DNA of 53,699 bases from Prorocentrum cordatum (lineage: Eukaryota): NCBI GenBank assembly GCA_963575745.1, contig CAUYUJ010000297.1:62001-115699 (forward strand), given 5' to 3'. Positions within the stretch are counted from its first letter, which is position 1; the number at the start of each line of letters is the position of its first letter. Below, one piece after another: positions 12,330 to 23,747 of the stretch. Made by a program: the position numbers and the translations under genes. The notes below the pieces were generated by a model. That model was not told where the DNA came from. It did not search any database and saw nothing but the letters and a program-made list of their open reading frames with translations.

Positions 12330-14143
12330 CCGCCCAGGTGCCCGGGTGCCCGGGTGCCCGGGTGCCCTGGTGCCCAGGTGCCCAGGTGCCCGGGTGCCCG
12401 GGTGGCCGGGTGCCTTATAGTCCTATAGCCCTATAGCCCTATAGCCCTATAGCCCTATAGCCCCATGGCCCATAGCCTTGTAGGCCTATAGCCCTATAGC
12501 CTTGCAGCCCTCTAGCCCCATAGCCCAATAGCCCTGTAACCCTATAGCCCACTAGCCCTATAGCGTTAAAACCTTATAGTCCTATAGCCCTATCTCCCTA
12601 GAGTCCTATAGCCCCATAGCCCTGTAGCCCTATAGTCTGTTAGCCCTATAGCCCCACGGCCCTATAGCCCTAAAGCCCTATGGCTCAATTGCCCAATAGC
12701 CCTATAGCTCCATAGCCCCATATCCCTATAGCCCTATATATATATGGCCCTATAGCCTTATAGCCTCATAGCCTTATAGCCTTATAGCCTTATAGCCCTA
12801 TAGCACTTTAGCCCTATGGTCCTATAGCCTTTTAGCCCCATAGCCCTATAAACTCATAGCCCTATGGCCCTATAGCCCTATAGCCCCATAGCTCTATAGC
12901 TCCATAGCCCCATAGCCCTATAGACCTACAGCCCTATAGCCCTGTGGCCCTACAGCCCTGTGGCTCTATAGCCCTATGGCCCTATAGCCCTATAGTTCCA
13001 TAGCCCCATCCGTAAGGGCTTCGCCCCCCTGCCGCTGGCCCCGTCTCTCGGATAATGGGCTATGCAAGAGCTAAATCATGAGACCTCGGCGCCGCCGTGA
13101 AGCAGCATCGACAAGAGAGATTGATATTATGATGATCTTGTTTATGGTTTCGGGGACGCGAATGTAGCGTAATTTCAACGTAATTTAGAAGGGTTGATGG
13201 CTTCGGAGACATAGTATAATCTACGAAGGTTTCTGGCTTCGGATACACGAACAGTGCGTAACTTGCAAGGGTTTATGGCTTCGGGGTCGCAGCTATAGAG
13301 TAACTTACGCAGGTTTATGGCTTCGGAGACGCGAATACGGTGTAATTTACGAGGGTTTCTGGCTTCGGATACGCGAATATAGTGTAATTTGATAGGGTTT
13401 ATGGCTTCGGGGTCGACGATCTTGCTTCATTTACGCAGGTATGGCCTCGGAGACGCGAATCTTGTAATTTGCAAGGGTTTATGGCTTCGCATACGCGAAT
13501 ATCGTGTAAATTGAAAGGGTCTATGGCTTCGGGGACGCGAGTATTAAGTCATTTTCAATGGTTGATTGCGTCGGGAACGCGAACATTGGGTAATTTACGA
13601 GAGTTAATGGTTTCGGAGACGCGAATCCATTACATAGTTTTATGGCTTCGAGGACGCGAACATTGCTTGATTTGCAAGCGTTTGTGGCCTCGGGGACGCA
13701 AATATTGCGTAACTTACCATGGTTTATGGCTTCGAGGACACGAAGATGGTGTATTCTGCGAGGGGGTACGCGAATATTGAGTAATTCACGAGGGTTCATG
13801 GCCTCGTGGACGCGAATATTGCGTAATGTAGGAGGGTTTATGATCTCGGGGGCGCGAATTTCATGTTTTTTTTAAATGTCTCACGCCCCCCCCCAGAAAT
13901 TTTGAGACCCCTCCCAGGAGACGCTAACCAGGTTGATTTTTGGCTCCCCCCCCTCGCGCGGTCTACAACAAGGAGCAATAATACAACAAGAAGCAGAACT
14001 ATCACATTGGAAACTGGAAACTTGAACTGGTGCAGGGAACAGCAAACCCTCGTCTTACAGCCTGGTGGCCCCACAGGGGACTGGCGGATAGCCCTATAGC
14101 TCCACTGCCATATAGTCCTATAACCCCATAGCACTATAGCCCT
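12330..14143. repeat. 8-bp minisatellites: (GGTGCCCR)n at 12330-12413, then (TATAGCCC)n at 12414-13008, resuming at 14089-14143
   Basis: Direct inspection. Confidence 0.9.
13009..14088 (-). mobile_element. Non-autonomous Helentron/Helitron2-like element, family A copy 1, with an internal 42-bp tandem array (about 13150-13862)
   Basis: Ends TCCGTAAGGGCTTCGCCC... and ...GGCCCCACAGGGGACTGGCGGA are shared with 32562-33740. Inserted at an A|T in a TAGCCC(C/T)A satellite; removal restores the satellite. Confidence 0.75.
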
Positions 14144-14445
14144 AAACAAGTACTTTGATTGGGGTTTTTCTCTGGTATCGTTGCGTGTTTTTTTCACATA
14201 TTCTCCGAAGAGTGCTTGCACTTTGGGGTTCTTGCTTGTGTTCTAAGGTAACTGGGCCTCGGTGGCGGCCCGGCTGGCTCGTCGCTACCCGTCGCCGCCG
14301 CCCGTCGCCGCCATTTGCACTGGGCCCGGTGCCGCTGCGGCCAGCTCGTCGCCACCCGTCGCCGCCGTCCGTCGCCGCCGTCCGTCGCCGCCATTTGCCT
14401 TCGTCCAGTCGCATTCGTCCACTCGCACTCGTCCACCTGCGTACG

Positions 14446-14608
14446 TAGCATAGCATAGCACAGCATAGCGCAGCCTCAGCTTATCGCAGCATAGCATAGT
14501 ATAACTCAGCTTAACATAGCTTAGCTTAGCGTCGCATAGCATAGCATAGCATAGCATATTACAGAAGGGCGTAATATAGCATAGCATAGCATAGCATAGA
14601 ACAGCATT
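14446..14608. repeat. (AGCAT)n pentamer microsatellite
   Basis: Direct inspection. Confidence 0.9.
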
Positions 14609-15433
14609 GAGCAACCAGTGTGGTGCGACTGAAGATTGCACCGCATCGATTGCACTGCGGAGATTGCCCCGCATTGATCGGCCCTTCACAGATTGCTCTG
14701 CATAGCCCTCTCGCCCCCCAATTGCGGCGAAACTATACTCCTTCTCGTCCCTGGAGGTGATATCCCGCCCCCAGGCCCCCCAGTGCGGGACCCCACCAAG
14801 ATCATAATAAGGTTCCTGAGAATTCCTGAATATTCTTGGGAATTCCAAAATGACTCTTGAAGGATTCTTGAGGATCCGTGGCTCCCACCGCCCCTCCCCC
14901 CCGAGGAATTATTTAATGAATTGAGGTGCCAGGGATAACGGGGGGATGGCCCATAAAGGGTTCCCAGGTCTATATTACACTGCGCACTCTGCATCGCGCA
15001 TTTGACATCTTAGAGTATGCTAGGACACACCGTTTGGGGTCCACGCCGGCTAACACATACATGTCGGTGTGTATGCATACAGGTATGTGTATAGGTAAGT
15101 GTATGCTTACGTGCACTTGTACTTGTACGTCTGCGTGTACGTGTAGGAGTAGGTGTGCGTGTGTTGACGCCCTCCAGCTTGCCGAGATGCTTTCCAGACG
15201 CCCTGCGAAGCCGCACTGGGCTGCTCTTCAGGCGCGAGGGTTTCTGACAAGCCTCGCCGCCGCCTGCCACGGCCCGCCCCCTCTCTCGCCTCCCCTCTGG
15301 GGCGCGCCGCCGGGAGAGGCGACCGCCCGCGAGCCTGGCCGCACTTCGCCGGGGGGGGGGGCGCACCCGCCGAGCGCGCCCGCGAGCCCAGCCACCCTCC
15401 GCGGGGCGGGTGGGACCCGCCGAGCACGCAGGG

Positions 15434-15515
15434 ATGGCCCTGGCCCTGGACCTGAAGGCCCTGAAGTCCCGGCTCTCGAGGGAGGGCGCGCAGTCTGGCG
15501 CCGTCACGGCCTCCC
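15434..15515 (+). CDS. Exon 1 of a YfaP/DUF2135-like - ankyrin - BRCT multidomain gene (MALALDLKALKSRLSREGAQSGAVTAS-L)
   Basis: ATG at 15434 and GC3-rich codons. RLSREGAQSGAVTASL resembles the RLxREGAxxGxVxxSLxW start I recall for YfaP/DUF2135-like domains. The 3' boundary can slide from 15515 to 15521. Confidence 0.8.
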
Positions 15516-15520
15516 TCATC

Positions 15521-15840
15521 TCCGGGGGTTGCCAAGAGGTGCTCCGGGCCCCAACGTGCCCCTGGCTCCCAGCGCCACTCTCGAGCCCCTGGGGCCCTCT
15601 GGCGTCTCGCTGCGGAGAAACCACGACTGAGGATTACGGGGGCCTTTGCTGGGCCCCGGGACCGTCAAATAACGACTCAGGATGAAAAGCCAGTCCCGGG
15701 GAAGGGGCCCAGACCTCTGGGGAGCCACGCTGTTGAACAGTCACGCCTCGCGGGGGGTGCTCTGGAGGACAGCGGCGCCTCCCTTTAGGCAAGCTGGGGC
15801 CGCCTTGGGGCCCGGCCGCCCTTTCTTGGAGAACGCCCGG
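15521..15840. mobile_element. Diverged copy of the 26810 MITE forming intron 1, with a nested ~135-bp repeat (about 15611-15745)
   Basis: Colinear similarity to 26810-26974; ends CCGGGGGTTGCCAAGA / TCTTGGAGAACGCCCGG are complementary; the nested part resembles 28795-28925 and 29858-29945. Confidence 0.75.
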
Positions 15841-15917
15841 TGCTCTGGAACGACCCCAGCGACCTGGACCTGCACGCCCGCGTCAAGCGGAACGGGCAGG
15901 CCCACACGGAGCACATA
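15841..15917 (+). CDS. Exon 2 (LWNDPSDLDLHARVKRNGQAHTEHI)
   Basis: Carries the WNxxxDLDLH motif of YfaP/DUF2135-like domains and joins exon 1 in frame if 325 nt are removed. Confidence 0.85.
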
Positions 15918-16029
15918 GCCAGCTGCCTGCGGCAAGTCCCGCCACCGTGCCAGCCCAGCGTTCGGGGTGGCCGGGGGAGGCCGCAACGTGCAACGCTTCG
16001 GGCCTCTGGAAGGCTCTGGGGGCCTGTTG

Positions 16030-16222
16030 TCGGGGGCGGCAAAGAGGGGGCTGATGATTAGGGGGGGGGTGGATATCATGGCGAGGGCCATGATATTTCC
16101 GCAGATTTCATGGCGCCTCTTCTTATTCCATTACGTCCCTGGCCCCCCCGCTGGGCCGCGCACATGCCGCCGGTCATGATTTGCATCTCCCTCTTGGACA
16201 CCCCTCTCTTGGCCGCTCCCGA
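16030..16222. mobile_element. MITE with TCGGG...CCCGA TIRs (about 21 bp) and 5-bp TSD TGTTG
   Basis: TGTTG at 16025-16029 and 16223-16227; TCGGGGGCGGCAAAGAGGGGG pairs with CCCCTCTCTTGGCCGCTCCCGA. Confidence 0.85.
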
Positions 16223-16277
16223 TGTTGGGTGCCTCCCGAGGGGGCTGGGAGGCTGCCTCACTGCGTTGGAGCCGAGG

Positions 16278-16390
16278 TCGAAGGGTTGCCAGAGGCCGCC
16301 CTGTCCCAAGGTGCCCCCGGCTTCGTGCCACGCTCCGGAGCCCACGGGGCCCTCTGGGCTTTGCGAGGGGTGCTCTGGAGGCCGTGGGAG
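16278..16390. mobile_element. 3'-truncated copy of the 26810 MITE
   Basis: GGGTTGCCAGAGG..CCCTGTCCCAAGGTGCCCCC...GGGGTGCTCTGGAGGCCGTG matches 26812-26916. Confidence 0.75.
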
Positions 16391-17600
16391 GCGGGAGGCT
16401 CCCCTGGGCCCTGAGCTCTGAGCGCTGCAGTTTTTTCACACCGGGTTTTCTCGATTTGTGTCGGGACCTGGGGCCGTTACAGATCGATCCGGCTCGAAAG
16501 ATGGTGCAGAAAGGTGGGGTCTGGGGCTGCGATGTTGCATCGTTTCGTAGTGTCTGATTTCAGGAAACGTCCTGGGGACACCCTGGGTCAGGGGGCACGT
16601 CTGGTAACACGGGACCAGAGCCCTTTTTCTCTAGGCCTCCTAGATGGGGTCCGAGTAGACGGGTCGGAGGATCGCGCCACAACGCCGACGCATCGGCGAT
16701 GCGGCTCGATGTGGAGTCCGAGTTTCTTCGCGCCGACGTCGCCGATGCATCGCCGACGTGGCCGGTGCATTGCCGATGCATTCGTGATGCGTCGACGATG
16801 CTGCGCGACCCTCCGACCCCACCTGCGCAGACCCCAGCTGGGAGGCCTCTGCCTGCGGAAGAGTGGAGGACGGGACGAGCAGAAGCAAAAGCGGAGGTTC
16901 GCGTTTGTGCGGACCACCTCTCGGGTCGGCGTCGGGCGCCCCACCCTCCCCCGCACTCCTGGAAGGGGGGCCCCGGCCGCCACGGGGTCGGCGCCAGAGG
17001 GCGGGCCAGCGCCGGCCCGAGGCATCTGCGCGGGCCGCCGCATTTCTGCGGCCCTCGTGAGCAAAGTCGTGGCTTCGTTGGGTGGCCGTTTTCGTATTCG
17101 TTGCTCTGCCGATCGGCGCGGGCCCTCGGTCCCCCCCCCTCCCCCCCTCTGGGGTTGATGCTCCAGCCTACCTCTAGCCTTGACCACCAGAAAGAATTTC
17201 GAGCACCAGAAGAGTACTGAAACTCGAGGGTTTTCACGTGTCGGGCCCTGGGAGACACTCGTCCGACACTGCTTCGACACTGTTCCGACACTCTTTCGAC
17301 ACTTCTCCGGGTGCTCGAACGTATTTCTGGGATGTGATCCTTTCGTACGACGGGAGCAACATAACTCTGGGGTAAATCTTGGCTGTGTTGGCGCCTGCTT
17401 CAAGCAGGTGGAGTCTCCCCGACGGGGCGCACTGCTGCAAACAGGCGCGCCAAGCAGAGGTCCAGAGCCAATCCCCCCCCTCCCTCCCCCCCTCCGCCAA
17501 ATGTCGAAACGCCGAATAAGAAAACGCTCACAAGGAGCAATGAGATACAACAGCCGCAGGGGTGCCCGACGCGCGCCTGCGCTGCGAGTGCGGTGGCGGA

Positions 17601-18185
17601 TTCTACGGCCACAAGAAGGCCGCCGGGGGGTACCTCGACGTCGACATGAACGTCCGGGACTCTGGCAAGGGCTTCTCCCTGGAGCCAGTCGAGAACATTT
17701 TCTGGAAGAACCCTCCTGGAGGGCAGTATAGGGTCTATGTGACGAATGCTGGCACCAAGAGCCATCCCACGAAGTGGGACGGGAAGTTCACGGATCAGGC
17801 GAGGAGCGTACCGTTCAAGGTGTTTCTCGACAGGGACGGTGAGATGGAGGAGTTCGAGGGAGAGTGGTCCCCGGGCTGCAACGAGATAGAGGCCTTCACG
17901 TTCGAGGTCGAGGGTGACGGCAGCGTCGCCGACACTGGAGGAGGGGGCAATTATTTGGTCTTCCCGCCAGAGGATGACAAGACGACGTTCAAGGAGCTCT
18001 GCGACAAGCACGGGGTGCCGTGGAGGATCGGCGGTGGGTTCTACGCCGTGGCCCGCAAGGAGAAGATCCAGGCCGGCAAGGAGATGCTGCTGCAGCACCT
18101 GGCCAGCAACAATTTCACGATCGGGGGGCAGAAGTGCAGGGATGCCCTGGGGTGGTCCGCGGGAGAGGTGAACATGGGCCCCAAG
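17601..18185 (+). CDS. Exon 3: rest of the YfaP-like domain (FYGHKKAAGGYLDVDMN...PVENIFW...GQYRVYV) and the start of a second domain (GGGFYAVARKEKIQAGKEMLL...CRDALGW)
   Basis: 195 open codons with strong GC3 bias and LDVDMN / PVENIFW motifs; ends at an AAG|GA donor. Confidence 0.9.
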
Positions 18186-18522
18186 GATGCCCTCGAGCCT
18201 CCTCCTCCTCCTCCTCCTTCCCCACCTTTTACAGTCAAGACGCTGATGTAAGGACGGCTTTGGGCTTAGGAGGGGCTCTGGTTTTCGGACCGTTCCCTGG
18301 ATCTAGGTCTGGGAACCCACTCGTGGCCGAGGCTCGCCGTGGCCAGGAAGGCCCCTTCGGTTCTTGTTCAGCGGTCCATGTGGCAGCATGATGGCTGTAC
18401 TCCTCTTCCTGCCCCATTCCTCCTTCCCCCTCTGTCCACCCTCCCTGCATCCTCCTCCGTCCTCCTTCTCCCCCTTCGCGTCAGCCTCGTCTTGGTCGCC
18501 GTCCACCTCCCTGGCCCCAGAG

Positions 18523-19053
18523 GACATCCTCGAGGGTCACCGCCTGTTCGTGCAGTCCACCTCCGCCAACCGTGTGATCCAGCCGGGCACCCACGTGCTC
18601 TTTGAGGTCGACGACGCGATCTACGCCAAGCACCAGAAGACCAGCGAGATCGCGGAGGACGAGCACAAGAAGACCGGGGCCATTGAGCCGAAGTCCCCGG
18701 CCAAGGCTAAGGCCAAAGCCGAGCCCAAATCCCCAGCGAAGGCGAAGGCCAAGGCCGAGCCCCCAGCCAAGGCAAAGGCGAAGGCCAAGGCCGAGGCAGG
18801 CGCCATCTCGGAGGCCGACCAGCACGCGTTTTTGGATCTCGCCAAGGACTACAACTGGGACGCGGTGAAGCGCATGGTCAACGAGAAGCCCCTTATTGTC
18901 TCGGCGCACCCTGCCCAGAGGTGGTCCGCGCTTCACCAGGCGGCCGCCTCGGGTGACGAAGGCGTCGTCCGCTTCTTGCTGGACAAGGGGGCCTCGGTCG
19001 ATGTCACGAACAAGGAGGGCCAGACCCCGGCAGACGTTGCCGCGAATGCGAAG
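18523..19053 (+). CDS. Exon 4: LFVQSTSANRVIQPGTHVLFE motif, Lys/Ala/Pro linker and ankyrin repeat (RWSALHQAAASGDEGVVRFLLDKGASVDVTNKEGQTPADVA); may instead run on to the TAG at 19090-19092
   Basis: AG acceptor at 18521-18522, in frame with exon 3; clear ankyrin consensus (ALHxAAxxG...V..LL..GA.V...N..G.TP). Confidence 0.9.
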
Positions 19054-20082
19054 ATTAAACAGAATTACGCCGCATCCGCCGACGCCTTTTAGTTTGCTAT
19101 TTCATGCATGTTTCATTTCGGTTGTCAGTCTTGCATTGCCGTACGGTTGTGATGAAGGTGCTGAACGACTCGCACGTGGCTTCTGTGCTGGCGGTTCCAT
19201 GCAGCCCTACCCGAATGTAGTGTGAGCGGGGAGTTACTTCGCTGCCTCTTGCCTTTTCTCCTCCTCGTGCTCATTCTCCCTCCCCTCTTCGGTGCTCTCG
19301 TGGGGCCCTTTTGTCTTGGGAAACCTTGGGGCTGTCTTGGACTTCCTTGGGAGCTCTCTTGGGCCGCCTTGGGGCCCTCGTGGCCACCTCGGGGTCTCTT
19401 GGGGGCGTCTCGGTACCCGCTTGGGAGCGTTGGGTTGTCCTGGGGCTCTCTTGGGCCGTCGGCCGTCCGGGGCTCCCGAGGCCTGCTTGGAGCCGGGTGA
19501 GGCGCGCGGCCGCCGTGCAACAGAACAGCACGTGGTGGCTGCCTTTGGGGTGCCGTCTGGGTGCCGTCCCAGCCTCCCGACGCGCCGACTTTGTCGCGAC
19601 CTGGGCCCCCCGAGGTCTGGGCCCCTTCAGGCAGGAACAAAAACACCGCCGAGGACCAGTGGAAGTGCCGTCTGTGTGTCGCGACGCGGGGGCCTCGGAC
19701 GCCCCAGAGGTCTGAGCGGCCCGCATCGAGAGCGGCGGTGCTGCAGTGGACGGTTCGCCCTGCAGCATGTGCAACCGTTGCATCGTGGTTGCGACCCCCG
19801 TGCAAGGCGCCTGCAAGTGTGTTGCAAGCGTCGTCTTGGTCCATCTTCGGGCCGTCTCTCGGAGGGGGGGGAAAGGTACCAATACCGCTCCGCTGCTCGT
19901 CCGCACGGCTGGCTTCTCCTCGAACATCTGGTCAGACTGTACCGCGGGAGAGGTGAGGGGGGCATCTGGAGGGGAAAAACACAGACACATTTCATCGACA
20001 TGGGAGCATATAGGAGAAGTGGGGGGAAGACGAAAACAGTGAAAATATGGGAAATATGGGGAATCCTTGGATTTGTGTCTAT

Positions 20083-23000
20083 TTCCCCACATGTTTCGTG
20101 GGGTTCTGGTTTTCTTCCCTGCCGCGTCGTATCCGCGTCTCACACCCGCACACACCTCCCTCTCCCGCAAAGCGTATCAGACGTGACATACATATATACA
20201 TACACAGGCACACCGACACAGACACATACACACAGACACACAGACACACACAGACACAAACACGCATACACACATACACCCTCACTCACGCGCAACACCT
20301 GCACGGCACGTACATGAGACACCAAAGGAGGTGCGCAGGGGGTGGTCCCTGAGCGCGGCCGCTATCCGAGCCGGTTGTCCAGGGCAAAGCAGGAGTGGCA
20401 CTTCCTTGACACCATAGGGGGTGCGCAGGAGGTGGTCCCTGAGAGCGGCCGCTATCCGAGTCGGTCGTCCAGTGCATAGCAGGCGTGGCATTTTCTCGAC
20501 ACCACAGGGGGTGCGCAGGGGGTGATCCCTCACCGCGGCCGCTATGCACGACGGTCGTCCAGTGCATAGCAGGCGTGGCATTTTCTCGACACCATTGCGG
20601 GTGCGCAGGGGGTGGTCCCTCAGCGCGGCCGCTATGCACGACGGTCGTCCAGTGCATAGCAGGCGTGGCATTTTCTCGACACCACAGGGGGTGCGCAGGG
20701 GGTGGTCCCTCAGCGCGGCCGCTATGCACGACGGTCGTCCAGGGCATAGCAGGCGTGGCATTTTCTCGACACCATGCGGGTGCGCAGGGGGTGGTCCCTC
20801 AGCGCGGCCGCTATGCACGGTCGTAGCAGGCGTGGCATTTCTCGACACCACAGGGGTGCGCAGGGGGTGGTCCTCACCGCGGCCGCTATGCACGACGGTC
20901 GCATAGCAGGCGTGGCATTTCTCGACACCATGCGCAGAGCATGCACGGGTCGGCATAGCAGGCGTGGCATTTTCTCGACACCACAGGGGGTGCGCAGGGG
21001 GTGGTCCCTCACCGCGGCCGCTATGCACGACGGTCGTCCAGTGCATAGCAGGCGTGGCATTTTCTCGACACCACCGGGGAGGGGGTGGTCCCTCACCGCG
21101 GCCGCTATGCACGACGGTCGTCCAGGCATAGCAGGCGTGGCATTTTCTCGACACCATAGGGGTGCGCAGGGGGTGGTCCCTCAGCGCGGCCGCTATGCAC
21201 GACGGTCGTCCAGGGCATAGCAGGCGTGGCATTTTCTCGACACCACAGGGGTGCGCAGGGGTGGTCCCTCGCGGCCGCTATGGCGTCCAGGGCATAGCAG
21301 GCGTGGCATTTTCGACACCATAGGGGATAGGGCGGGTGGCGACAGGGGGTGGTGGTCCCTCAGCGCGGCCGCTATCCACGACGGTCGTCCAGGCATAGCA
21401 GGCGTGGCACTTTCTCGACACCACAAGGGGGTGCGCAGGGGGTGGTCCCTCAGCCGGCCGCTATACGACGTCGTCCATAGCAGGCGTGGCATTTCTCGAC
21501 ACCACAGGGGGTGCGCAGGGGGTGGTCCTCACAGACGGTCGTCCAGGCATAGCAGGCGTGGCATTTTCTCGACACCACAGGGGGTGCGCAGGGGGTGGTC
21601 CCTCACCGCGGCCGCTATGCACGACGGTCGTCCAGGGCATAGCAGGCGTGGCATTTCTCGACACCATAGGGGGTGCGCAGGGGGTGGTCCCTCACCGCGG
21701 CCGCTATGCACGACGGTCGTCCAGGGCATAGCAGGCGTGGCATTTTCTCGACACCATTGGGGTGCGCAGGGGGTGGTCCCTCACGCGGCCGCTATGCACG
21801 ACGGTCGTCCAGGGCATAGCAGGCGTGGCTTTTCTCGACACCACGGGGTGCGCAGGGGGTGGTCCCTCACCGCGGCCGCTATGCACGACGGTCGTCCCCA
21901 GGGCATAGCAGGCGTGGCATTTTCTCGACACCATTGGGGTGCGCAGGGGGTGGTCCCTATGCACGACGGTCGTCGCATAGCAGGCGTGGCATTTCGCAGG
22001 GGTGGTCGTATGCACGACGGTCGTCCAGTGCATAGCAGGCGTGGCATTTTCTCGACACCATTGGGGGTGCGCAGGGGGTGGTCCCTCACCGCGGCCGCTA
22101 TGCACGACGGTCGTCCAGTGCATAGCAGGCGTGGCATTTTCTCGACACCATAGGGGGTGCGCAGGGGGTGGTCCCTCACCGCGGCCGCTATGCACGACGG
22201 TCGTCCAGTGCATAGCAGGCGTGGCATTTTCTCGACACCATAGGGGGTGCGCAGGGGGTGGTCCCTCACCGCGGCCGCTATGCACGACGGTCGTCCAGTG
22301 CATAGCAGGCGTGGCATTTTCTCGACACCACGGGGGTGCGCAGGGGGTGGTCCCTCACCGCGGCCGCTATGCACGACGGTCGTCCAGGGCATAGCAGGCG
22401 TGGCATTTTCTCGACACCATAGGCGGTGCGCAGGGAGTGGTTCCTCACCGCGGCCGCTATGCACGACGGTCGTCCAGTGGCACTTTCTCGACAGTCGTCC
22501 ACAGGCGTGGCATTTTCTCGACACCACAGGGGGTGCGCAGGGAGTCCTCACCGCGGCCGCTATGCACGACGGTCGTCCAGGGCATAGCAGGTGTGGCATT
22601 TTCTCGACACCATTGGGGGTGCGCAGGGGGTGGTCCCTCACCGCGGCCGCTATGCACGACGGTCGTCCAGTGCATAGCAGGCGTGGCATTTTTCGACACC
22701 ATTGCGGGTGCGCAGGGGGTGGTCCCTCACCGTGGCCGCTATGCACGCCGGTCGTCCAGGGCATAGCAGGCGTGGCACTTTCTCGACACCGTGAAGGTTG
22801 CGCAGGGGGTGGTCCCTCACCGCGGCCGCTATGCACGACGGTCGTCCAGGGCATAGCAGGCGTGGCATTTTCTCGACACCATTGGGGGTGCGCAGGGTGT
22901 GGTCCCTCACCGCGGCCGCTATGCACGACGGTCGTCCAGGGCATAGCAGGCGCGGCACTTTCTCGACACCATAGAGGGTGCGCAGGGGTTGGTCCCTCAC

Positions 23001-23452
23001 CGCGGCCACTATGCACGACGGTCGTCCAGGGCATAGCAGGCGTGGCGCTTTCTCGACGCCAGACGGGTCGCGCACGGGGTGGTCCCTCAGCGCGGCCGCT
23101 ATGCGCGCCGGTCGTCCAGGGCATAACGGGCGTGGCATTTGCTTTACACCACAGGGGGTGCGCAGGGGGTGGTCCCTCACCGCGGCCGGCATGCGCTCCG
23201 GTCGTCCAGAGCATAGCAGGCGCTGCATCTTCTCGACGCCACAAGGGGGTGCCTTGGGGGTGCGGTCGCTATCTGTTTCGGGCTCGCAAAGTGTGGCTGG
23301 CGCGGCGCTTCTCCTCTTCCACCTCTCCTCTTGAGTGGCGTCACCAACGGTATCGGCGGGGCAACGGCCACCAACATCATTCCCACATGCTTCTATTCAG
23401 CTATCATCACTCCAGCCATGATATAAGTACGTGGGGTTCCTCGGTAGCGTAA
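20083..23452 (+). mobile_element. Helentron-like element, family B1, carrying the 90-bp satellite
   Basis: 5' end TTTCCCCAC-loop-GTGGGG-TTCT; 3' end CCATGATA...GTGGGG...GTAATT. It splits a copy of the ATATGGG dispersed repeat at a T-rich site (compare intact copies at 5818-6040 and 25415-25563). Confidence 0.7.
20318..23262. repeat. 90-bp tandem satellite, roughly 33 units, each with a NotI site and a GCTATGCAC...GTGCATAGC hairpin
   Basis: TCGTCCAGTG recurs at 22021, 22111 and 22201; indel-rich zone at about 20760-22020; diverged units at both edges. Confidence 0.95.
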
Positions 23453-23747
23453 TTATTTGTGTGTCCCAGGGCCCCTTTGGAGCAGCAGTGTCGGTGCTTC
23501 TCTTGCCCCCCCCCGTCTGGGGCCGTCCCGGGCCCTCCTGCGCCCCGCCCTGGGGCCCTCCTGGCCTGGCTTGCGGCCCCGACGCACGGTCCGTGCCCCC
23601 TACGGGAGAGCCCGGCTCCTCCTCCTCCTCCTCCTGCTCCTCCTGCTCCTCCTCCTCCTCCTGCGCCTCCTCGTCCGAGTCTGCCAGGGTGGATCCCGAG
23701 AGGAGGCTCGCACGCAGGGTGGCCCCGACGAGGGGAGGGGTCCGCGG

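Noticed and set aside
12414..13008. Interstitial telomere
   Set aside because: The unit is the 8-mer CCCTATAG, not CCCTAAA or CCCTAA; the resemblance is only partial.
20318..23262. CRISPR array (palindromic repeats at regular spacing); the same idea for the 102-bp arrays
   Set aside because: Whole units are repeated, there are no unique spacers, there are no cas genes, and the context is eukaryotic.
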